Shown here: positions 1 through 6,582 of the stretch, piece after piece
Position numbering within the stretch: position 1 is the first letter of the stretch
Layout of the letters: each line of letters begins with the position of its first letter
NCBI GenBank assembly: GCA_964404925.1
Contig: CAYOLW010000001.1
Location: 222,665 to 269,991 of the forward strand
DNA length: 47,327 nt
Direction of reading: 5' to 3'
From: an uncultured Candidatus Saccharibacteria bacterium
Lineage (GTDB): Bacteria; Patescibacteriota; Minisyncoccia; Phycocordibacterales; UBA9973
Position numbers and translations under genes: made by a program
Notes under the pieces: generated by a model
What the model saw: only the letters and a program-made list of their open reading frames with translations
The model's database searches: none
Told to the model about the DNA's origin: nothing

Positions 1-455
1 CTACTTACACCAGTAACCCAACCTACACAAGTAATCCGACTTATACTTCTAACCCTACATATACTTCTAACCCTACCTATACAACCAATCCTAGTTACGA
101 AACTAATCCTAGTTACGAAACAAATCCGACATATTCTACAAATCCAGACTACACAACAAATCCAAGTTATACCACTAACCCTGACTATACAACCAACCCA
201 AGTTACGCAACCAATCCTGGTTACATGACTAATCCTTCTTATACAACCAACCCTTCATACACCACTAACGCTGCATACAATACGAATGCTGGATATATGA
301 CAAATGCTGCTTATCAAACTTCAGGTGCATACTCTGCTTCTGGTGCATACGGTACATCTGGTGGCTACGCAGCCCCAGCAGGGTACATAACACCAGGTGC
401 AATAGTAGTACCAGCGGCTTATGAAACAAGTGGTAGCTACACTGTAGCTGGCTAA
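1..455 (+). CDS. 3' part of a Tyr/Thr/Asn/Pro-rich hexapeptide-repeat protein (5' end outside the window)
   Basis: Frame 3 is open from base 3 to TAA at 453-455. The translation is a tandem 18-nt/6-aa repeat (TYTSNP, TYTTNP, SYETNP, DYTTNP ...) that degenerates to AAY/GAY units near the C-terminus. The ORF track shows only the part after the first Met (225..455). Confidence 0.6.
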   Translation, partial: TYTSNPTYTSNPTYTSNPTYTSNPTYTTNPSYETNPSYETNPTYSTNPDYTTNPSYTTNPDYTTNPSYATNPGYMTNPSYTTNPSYTTNAAYNTNAGYMTNAAYQTSGAYSASGAYGTSGGYAAPAGYITPGAIVVPAAYETSGSYTVAG

Positions 456-469
456 ATGATGATTTGCCT

Positions 470-503
470 TTCCGCCTCATCGGCGGATCGCCGGCGAGGC
501 GAT
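470..503. repeat. Two adjacent GC-rich hairpins; the first belongs to the UCCGCC-loop-GGCGGA hairpin family
   Basis: TCCGCC-TCATC-GGCGGA at 471-487 and ATCGCC-GGCGA-GGCGAT at 487-503. The 20-mer at 470-489 is the exact reverse complement of 33537-33556. Confidence 0.7.
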
Positions 504-537
504 TTAGGTTGCGGTGGTTGCCTTTTTTAGGAAAGCA

Positions 538-546
538 TGGTAAATT
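538..546 (+). promoter_or_regulatory. Extended -10 (TGgTAAATT) placed 6 nt upstream of the rpsP ATG (leaderless-type arrangement)
   Basis: TG at 538-539, TAAATT at 541-546, ctatcc, then ATG at 553. The same geometry recurs at about 12 genes in the window. Confidence 0.5.
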
Positions 547-552
547 CTATCC

Positions 553-861
553 ATGTTAAAAATCAGATTACAAAGAATCGGTCGGAAGAATGATCCAGCC
601 TTTCGAGTGGTATTAACTGATTCCAAGAATGCTGCAAAGAGTGGTAAGTTCCTGGAAGTCGTTGGTACATACAACCCAAAGTCAGGTGAGACTTCCTTTC
701 AGGAAGATCGCATTAATTACTGGGTAGGGCAGGGCGCACAGCTATCTGGAACTGTTCATAATTTCTTGGTAGACAAGAAAGTTGTTAAAGGTTCAAAGAA
801 GAATGTTTTGCCTCTTAGGAACAAGACCGAGAAAAGAAAAGTTCTAAAGTCCAAGAAATAA
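553..861 (+). CDS. rpsP: 30S ribosomal protein S16
   Basis: MLKIRLQRIGRKNDPAFRVVLTD... is the canonical S16 N-terminus. It is followed by the KH-protein and trmD genes, as in the conserved rpsP operon. Confidence 0.95.
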   Translation: MLKIRLQRIGRKNDPAFRVVLTDSKNAAKSGKFLEVVGTYNPKSGETSFQEDRINYWVGQGAQLSGTVHNFLVDKKVVKGSKKNVLPLRNKTEKRKVLKSKK

Positions 862-957
862 GAGTTCAACTCTTGCCGAGCGGGTAGTCCGCAAGTTATA
901 ATTACAGTATGGCAGTATGTCGTCACACTGCTCTCTTAAAAGGAATTAATATAAAAT

Positions 958-1281
958 ATGCAAGAAAACGATAAGGAATTTCTAGAGTATGTCGTCAAAG
1001 CTTTGGTTGATAATCCTAACGATGTAAAAATCGACAGGACAGTAGATGAAATGGGTGTACTTATTACACTTTCAGTCAACCCTTCTGATATGGGCAAGAT
1101 TATTGGTCGCATGGGTAACACAGCTAAGGCTATCCGAACCCTGCTTCGAATTATCGGTATGAAAAATAATGCTCGAGTTAATCTAAAGATTAATGAACCA
1201 GAAGGTAGCGCTAAGCCAGCACATTCTTCTCCAACTCTTAAAACAGTTGATGAAGCAATGGAAGACCTAAAGGGAATATAA
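958..1281 (+). CDS. KH-domain RNA-binding protein (YlqC/KhpA family)
   Basis: It contains the GKIIGRMGNTAKAIRTLL motif (GxxG KH signature) and sits in the conserved position after rpsP. Confidence 0.85.
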   Translation: MQENDKEFLEYVVKALVDNPNDVKIDRTVDEMGVLITLSVNPSDMGKIIGRMGNTAKAIRTLLRIIGMKNNARVNLKINEPEGSAKPAHSSPTLKTVDEAMEDLKGI

Positions 1282-1308
1282 ACATAAGTGTTTTCACTTA
1301 GTAGAAAA

Positions 1309-1330
1309 ACTCAGGAAACTGGGTTTTTTT
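1309..1330 (+). terminator. Rho-independent terminator
   Basis: ACTCAG-GAAA-CTGGGT hairpin followed by a T7 run. Confidence 0.6.
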
Positions 1331-1335
1331 ATTTG

Positions 1336-1369
1336 CCCTGTCGTTCGCGAACGACGGGGCTTTTGTTTT
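1336..1369 (+). terminator. Second, GC-rich terminator hairpin
   Basis: CCCTGTCGTTCG/CGAACGACGGGG, a 12-bp stem with one G-U pair and no loop spacer, followed by CTTTTGTTTT. Confidence 0.6.
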
Positions 1370-1385
1370 GTGCTATATTGTTGAT

Positions 1386-2099
1386 ATGCGTTTCCATATA
1401 ATAAGTATTTTCCCGAATATTTTCGATTCATATATAAATGAGTCTATTTTAGGGCGGGCAATAGAGAACAAGCTAGTCAAAGTGAGTTTCTATAACCCAC
1501 GTGATTTTCTACCCAAAACAGCTAATAATTATCGTCCGGTAGATGCTCGTCCATATGGTGGTGGACCTGGTATGGTGATGCAAGCAGAACCTATATTAAA
1601 AGCTGTTGAGAAGGCCATCGCCACGGCCACTCGTTTTTCTTCAGGTCCTCGGATCTCCTCGACTAAAGCCTCGGCCAGACCGTTCAGAAAAACGAGTGGC
1701 CGTCTGCTTATAATTAATTTTATTCCTTCTGCAGAAAAATTTACTACAGTAGAAGCCAAGAAGATTTCAAAAAAATACACTGATGTGATTTTGATTTGTG
1801 GACGGTATGAAGGTATAGATGCACGTGTAGATAAAATTCTAAAAACAAAAAAGTTCTCAATCGGAGACTATGTGCTGACCGGAGGAGAAATCCCAGCCAT
1901 GGTGTTGATCGATTGTATTTCTCGCCAAATTCCAGGAGTGCTTGGCAAACTTGAATCCCTTGAAGAAGAAAGGGTTTCATCGAGCGAGGTGTATACCAGA
2001 CCCGAAATACTAAAATATAAGAACAAAAACTACAAAGTCCCTACAGTATTGCTTTCTGGGAATCATGCTAAAATAAATGAGTGGAAATCTAATCGCTAG
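1386..2099 (+). CDS. trmD: tRNA (guanine37-N1)-methyltransferase, carrying an in-frame 27-codon insertion
   Basis: MRFHIISIFPNIF..., RPYGGGPGMVM, ICGRYEGID and GDYVLTGGEIPAMVLID are TrmD motifs. The ATG at 1386 is preferred over the track's TTG at 1368 because TGcTATATT (1371-1379) lies 6 nt upstream of it. Confidence 0.92.
   Translation: MRFHIISIFPNIFDSYINESILGRAIENKLVKVSFYNPRDFLPKTANNYRPVDARPYGGGPGMVMQAEPILKAVEKAIATATRFSSGPRISSTKASARPFRKTSGRLLIINFIPSAEKFTTVEAKKISKKYTDVILICGRYEGIDARVDKILKTKKFSIGDYVLTGGEIPAMVLIDCISRQIPGVLGKLESLEEERVSSSEVYTRPEILKYKNKNYKVPTVLLSGNHAKINEWKSNR
1623..1703 (+). repeat. 81-nt GC-rich stem-loop element inserted in frame in trmD (copy 1)
   Basis: There is a perfect 18-bp inverted repeat, ACGGCCACTCGTTTTTCT (1623-1640) / AGAAAAACGAGTGGCCGT (1686-1703). 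Core segments at 1641-1659 and 1670-1685 are identical to 22002-22020 and 22031-22046 in tgt. It encodes a Ser/Arg/Pro/Ala-rich peptide at a position that is short in the E. coli TrmD sequence as I recall it. Confidence 0.8.
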
Positions 2100-2131
2100 A
2101 TTATGGTTAGTAAACAAGATATAATTTTCTT

Positions 2132-2779
2132 ATGAAGAAATTTGAAATACAAGGACAAGGAAACGATAAAAAGAAAAAGTTTGAAATACAACCTAAAAAG
2201 TTTGTACTGAGGAAAAAATTTGAAATACAAAGTACTGAACCATCAGAACAAGCTTGGTTTCATCAGGAAAATGATAACGACTGTGGTCCATGTATGATTT
2301 TAAATATTTTAAATCAATTAGGAGTAAATGGGCCTTCTTCAATTAGAGAGGTTCGTGAACAAGTTAACGAGATCCGTCGTAATTCACAGCCACCTATGCG
2401 ATCCTTAAGCGAAAACGATTGGTTTACCAGCGATGATGTTGGTAAGTATTTAAGTGTGTATGCAGGACTGAATGTTGAAGAATATGTCTGTTTTGCTGAT
2501 GCAGAGCAGGATACATTTGATTCTATCCAAAACAATATAAATACAACTCCTTATGAAGTTTTATATACAACTAGCGGTAGACATTTCAAGGCAATAGTAA
2601 AGTCTGGGGATAGTGTTCTACTTTTAGACTCGTTTCAAAATTCTCCCCAAACAGTAAATTTGGATCGAATTAATTCTCTGATAAGAGAAAATGTATTCTC
2701 AAAGAGATCAGACTCACCGGACAGAGTAGGTATTGTGAGAACCAACCGAGAGTCAGAATATAAGACTTTTTCTTTTTAA
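2132..2779 (+). CDS. Papain-like cysteine peptidase, C39-like domain, with an N-terminal KKFEIQ triple repeat
   Basis: HQENDNDCGPCMILNILNQLG resembles the catalytic-Cys region of C39/C39_2 peptidases, and a later GRHFKAIV could supply the His. TATAAT at 2120-2125 lies 6 nt upstream of the ATG. Confidence 0.45.
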   Translation: MKKFEIQGQGNDKKKKFEIQPKKFVLRKKFEIQSTEPSEQAWFHQENDNDCGPCMILNILNQLGVNGPSSIREVREQVNEIRRNSQPPMRSLSENDWFTSDDVGKYLSVYAGLNVEEYVCFADAEQDTFDSIQNNINTTPYEVLYTTSGRHFKAIVKSGDSVLLLDSFQNSPQTVNLDRINSLIRENVFSKRSDSPDRVGIVRTNRESEYKTFSF

Positions 2780-2780
2780 T

Positions 2781-2852
2781 AAAGTTCCAAAAGTATTGCT
2801 TTCCGGGAATCATAAATTGATAGAGGAGTGGAAGATGAAAAATAAAATTTAA
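2781..2852 (+). pseudogene. Orphan duplicate of the trmD 3' end (23 codons plus stop)
   Basis: It translates to KVPKVLLSGNHKLIEEWKMKNKI*, compared with KVPTVLLSGNHAKINEWKSNR* for the functional trmD end. The nucleotide match is 29/33 for 2781-2813 versus 2034-2066. It has no start codon and no upstream trmD body. Confidence 0.8.
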
Positions 2853-2860
2853 ATCTTACT

Positions 2861-3289
2861 ATTAAAATACATCATGTAGCAATTTCTGTAAAAGACCTTA
2901 AAACGAGTATTGATTGGTACTGTAAGTTTTTTGGTTTTATAGAAACTCATAGGGTTAAAAGGGAAGATAAAGAAATAGCTTTACTAAATCTAGGAGATTC
3001 TAATCTAGAAATCTTTCAGCTACAAAATAATTTGCCTGCACCAGAATATGAAGGCAATCCAAATGAAGACTTGCGTCATGTAGGGGTTAGGCATTTTGCT
3101 ATTAATGTTGATAATTTCGAAGAAACCATTGATATTTTACGTTCAAGCGGCGTGGGGGTCGTATGTGAACCTAAAGAGGCTTTTTACGGAGGAAAATATT
3201 GTTTTGTAAAAGATCCAGACGGGATATTGGTTGAGTTGGTGGAATTATCAAACATGTCAACGTGGCAGGTTGACATGTTGGCGGGTTAA
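2861..3289 (+). CDS. Glyoxalase/VOC-family protein; no canonical start codon for the N-terminal half
   Basis: The frame is open from 2846. KIHHVAISVKDLKTSIDWYCKFFGF... (from 2864) is a typical VOC beta-alpha-beta-beta-beta N-terminus, yet the first ATG/GTG/TTG in frame is the TTG at 3032. The proposed start is ATT at 2861 (or the start was lost). Confidence 0.55.
   Translation: MKIHHVAISVKDLKTSIDWYCKFFGFIETHRVKREDKEIALLNLGDSNLEIFQLQNNLPAPEYEGNPNEDLRHVGVRHFAINVDNFEETIDILRSSGVGVVCEPKEAFYGGKYCFVKDPDGILVELVELSNMSTWQVDMLAG
3251..3279. repeat. Perfect 11-bp inverted repeat AACATGTCAAC-N7-GTTGACATGTT
   Basis: It lies in the last codons of the VOC gene, about 27 nt upstream of the rpoB promoter -35. 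Confidence 0.7.
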
Positions 3290-3305
3290 ATATCCCCAAT
3301 TTTAC

Positions 3306-3333
3306 TTGACTTTTTTGCAAAAATGTATAGTAT
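3306..3333 (+). promoter_or_regulatory. Sigma-70-type promoter upstream of rpoB
   Basis: TTGACT (3306-3311), a 16-nt spacer, then TAGTAT (3328-3333). A hairpin plus T-run at about 3376-3406 lies in the leader before the ATG at 3425. Confidence 0.5.
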
Positions 3334-3424
3334 CGGGTATAACGATTGAGTATTGGCTAACTTATTTATAAGCCCAAAAGTAGAGAGGTGTTTTCTACTT
3401 TTTTATTAAGCATTCATTAAGCAT

Positions 3425-6400
3425 ATGCCCAAATCTAACGTGCGTCCGAAGAAGTATTTCGGAAGGTACAAGAAGCCTCTTGTACAGTTCCCGAATTTAA
3501 TTGATGCGCAGCTTGAATCATTCAAGTGGCTCATCGAGACAGGTATTGGAGAAGTTTTTAAAGAATTCTCACCAATAGCCGATTATTCAGGTAAAAAGTT
3601 TGAACTTGAGTTCACATCTTTCTCACTCAGTGAATCTAAAAATGATGAGAACGAATCCAAGGTCAATAAAATTTCTTATCAGGGTAACCTAAAGGCGCGA
3701 GTTAAGCTTAAGAATAAAATCTTAGGTACAGTCAAAGAACAAGAAATATTTATGTCGGAGGTGCCACTCATGACTCCACATGGTACTTTCATTATAAACG
3801 GTGTAGAACGTGTTATCGTGCCGCAGCTTGCACGATCTTTTGGCGTTTTCTTTACTGAAACAGAAAATAAAGGTAAGAGATATTTCGGAGCAAAAGTAAT
3901 ACCAGCTCGCGGAGTATGGATTGAACTTGAAGCTGAATCAGATGGAGCTATCTACGTGAGAATTGATAAGAAGCGAAAATTCCCAGCAATTTCATTGTTG
4001 CGAGTCTTGGGCTTGACCACTAACGAAGAAATTCTAGCTGCTTTTACCGATATAGAAAGTAAAAAGATGATTGAAGCAGGTATAGCTAAAGACTCTGCAA
4101 AAACAGTAGAAGAATCTTATATAGAAATCTACAAGCGTTTGCGTGATGGAGACATGGCTACAGCTGATAACGCTAAAGAATTCATTAACTCTCTTTTCAC
4201 TCCAGAGAGATATGACCTTTCTCCAGTTGGACGATATCGATTTAACAAGCGTTTCGACAAGAATATGGCTGATACAGAACTTGCTCGACGTACTATTTCT
4301 AAAGATGACATGGTTACAGTGCTTGATTATATTGTTAAACTTTCTAACGAACCAGGTGCAAAGGCTGATGATATTGACCACTTGGGTCAACGCCGAGTAC
4401 GTTTCGTGGGCGAAATGCTACAGCAAAAGATCCGTACAGGTATGATGCAAATCAAGAGAAACATTCAAGACAGAATGTCTATTGTAGATGCTGATACTGC
4501 ACTTCCTATACACATCATAAACCAGAGACCACTACAGGCTCGTATCAAAGAGTTCTTCACTACTAACCAATTATCTCAATTCATGAACCAGGAAAATATC
4601 CTGTGTGAAATGGAGCACATTCGTCAGTTATCAGCACTCGGTCCCGGAGGATTAACTCGAGAACGTGCTGGACTGGAAGTTCGTGACGTGCACCCTTCGC
4701 ACTATGGACGTATTTGTCCTATCCACACTCCAGAAGGTCCAAACATTGGTTTGGTTGTTCACTTGTCTACTTACTCTAAAATCAACAATTTCGGTATTAT
4801 TGAAACCCCATATATCAAAGTAAAAGACGGTAAAATAACAGGGGAAATTGTATACCTAAATGCTTTAGAAGAAGAAAAATGCAACATTGCACACGCTGGT
4901 GTTCCTTATGATGACAATGGAAAAATAACTAACGAATATGTAGCCGCTAGAGCTAAAGGCGAACCAGGAACTATTAAAAGTACTGAAATTGAATATATTG
5001 ATGTAGCAACCAACCAAGCTTTTTCTTTGGCTACTTCGATGATTCCGTTCCTAGAACACGACGACGCAAACCGAGCACTCATGGGTAGTAACATGCAGAA
5101 GCAAGCTGTACCATGTGTATTGCCAGAAGCTCCTCTTGTTGGAACAGGTGTTGAGGAAAGTGTTCCTCGTGACTCAGGCAGAATTGTATTGGCACTTGAA
5201 GATGGTGTCGTTAAATATGTTGATGCACGTAAAGTTGTTGTTGAAGGTAAGAGTGAAAAAACTTACAACCTTGTAAATTTCTTGCGTAATAACAACTTCT
5301 CATCTTTCCATCAGCGTCCAAACGTAAATGTAGGCGATAAAGTTAAAAAAGGCGACGTGTTAGCTGACACAACTTCAACTGTGGGAGGTCAGGCTTCTAT
5401 CGGACAAAATGCTTTCGTAGCTTTCTTGTCATGGTTCGGTTCCAACTACGAAGACGCTATAATTATTTCTGAAAGACTCGTAAAGAATAGTAAATTTACT
5501 TCTATTTATGTTGAAGAATTTATTTGTGTTGTACGCGATACTAAACTTGGACCCGAAATAACTACTCGTGATATACCGAATGTTGGTGAAACTAAATTAA
5601 AAGACCTCGATGAAGACGGTGTGGTTCGAGTTGGTGCAGAGGTTCGCGAGAATGATATATTGGTTGGTAAAATTACACCAAAAGGTGAAACAGAATTAAC
5701 TCCAGAAGAAAGATTACTTCGATCCATCTTTGCTGAAAAGGCTCGTGATGTGAAGGATACTTCGCTTCGCATGGAACACGGTAAGCGTGGACGTATTATC
5801 GGTGTGAAAATTTTCTCACGCGATATGGGTCATTCTCTTGAAGCTGGTATAATCAAGAAAATCGTAATTGAAGTTGCTCAAGTTCGAAATATTTCTGTTG
5901 GTGACAAACTATCTGGACGTCACGGTAACAAAGGTGTTATTTCAACAGTATTGCCTGAAGAAGATATGCCATATATGGCTGATGGTACTCCAGTAGACAT
6001 AATCCTAACACCGCTTGGTGTTCCTTCCCGTATGAACTTAGGACAGATTCTAGAAATGCACTTGGGTCTTGCTGCACACACACTTAACTACCAAGCTATT
6101 GTTCCTCCTTTCTTAGGTGCTACTCATGAAGAAATCAGTAAAGAATTAGTAGATGCTGGATTCCCAGAGAATGGACGAGTTAAATTGTTTGATGGACGAA
6201 CTGGTGAATCTTTTGAACAAGATGTAGCAGTGGGTTATATGTATATGTTGAAACTGCACCACATGGTGGAAGACAAGATTCACATGCGTTCGATTGGTCC
6301 GTACTCACTCATCACTCAGCAACCGTTAGGAGGTAAGGCTCAAGGTGGTGGACAGAGATTTGGAGAAATGGAGGTGTGGGCACTTGAAGGTTACGGCGCT

Positions 6401-6580
6401 GCATATTCTCTACGTGAAATGTTAACTATAAAATCTGACGATATCGCAGGTCGATCACAGACATTCGATTCTATTATTAAAGGAGAGGAGATTAGGCCAC
6501 CAAACTCACCAGCTTCATTCAACGTGATGCTAAATTACTTACGAGGTCTTGCTCTTGACGTTAACTTAAAGAAAAACTAG
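3425..6580 (+). CDS. rpoB: DNA-directed RNA polymerase subunit beta
   Basis: Long conserved blocks are present, for example NGVERVIVPQL, LSALGPGGLTRERAG, HPSHYGRICPIHTPEGPNIGL, GRHGNKGV and FGEMEVWALEGYGAAY. Confidence 0.98.
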   Translation: MPKSNVRPKKYFGRYKKPLVQFPNLIDAQLESFKWLIETGIGEVFKEFSPIADYSGKKFELEFTSFSLSESKNDENESKVNKISYQGNLKARVKLKNKILGTVKEQEIFMSEVPLMTPHGTFIINGVERVIVPQLARSFGVFFTETENKGKRYFGAKVIPARGVWIELEAESDGAIYVRIDKKRKFPAISLLRVLGLTTNEEILAAFTDIESKKMIEAGIAKDSAKTVEESYIEIYKRLRDGDMATADNAKEFINSLFTPERYDLSPVGRYRFNKRFDKNMADTELARRTISKDDMVTVLDYIVKLSNEPGAKADDIDHLGQRRVRFVGEMLQQKIRTGMMQIKRNIQDRMSIVDADTALPIHIINQRPLQARIKEFFTTNQLSQFMNQENILCEMEHIRQLSALGPGGLTRERAGLEVRDVHPSHYGRICPIHTPEGPNIGLVVHLSTYSKINNFGIIETPYIKVKDGKITGEIVYLNALEEEKCNIAHAGVPYDDNGKITNEYVAARAKGEPGTIKSTEIEYIDVATNQAFSLATSMIPFLEHDDANRALMGSNMQKQAVPCVLPEAPLVGTGVEESVPRDSGRIVLALEDGVVKYVDARKVVVEGKSEKTYNLVNFLRNNNFSSFHQRPNVNVGDKVKKGDVLADTTSTVGGQASIGQNAFVAFLSWFGSNYEDAIIISERLVKNSKFTSIYVEEFICVVRDTKLGPEITTRDIPNVGETKLKDLDEDGVVRVGAEVRENDILVGKITPKGETELTPEERLLRSIFAEKARDVKDTSLRMEHGKRGRIIGVKIFSRDMGHSLEAGIIKKIVIEVAQVRNISVGDKLSGRHGNKGVISTVLPEEDMPYMADGTPVDIILTPLGVPSRMNLGQILEMHLGLAAHTLNYQAIVPPFLGATHEEISKELVDAGFPENGRVKLFDGRTGESFEQDVAVGYMYMLKLHHMVEDKIHMRSIGPYSLITQQPLGGKAQGGGQRFGEMEVWALEGYGAAYSLREMLTIKSDDIAGRSQTFDSIIKGEEIRPPNSPASFNVMLNYLRGLALDVNLKKN

Positions 6581-6582
6581 TC

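Noticed and set aside
456-552. An SRP (4.5S) RNA, riboswitch or r-protein leader upstream of rpsP was considered.
   Set aside because: No SRP domain IV motif (GGAA tetraloop with AGCA-type loops) and no riboswitch core that I recognise is present. The region is only described as two GC-rich hairpins plus a promoter.
1623-1703. The trmD and tgt inserts were considered as inteins or a shared protein domain.
   Set aside because: They are only 27-30 codons long and have no intein splicing residues. The shared nucleotide core is translated in different frames in the two genes.
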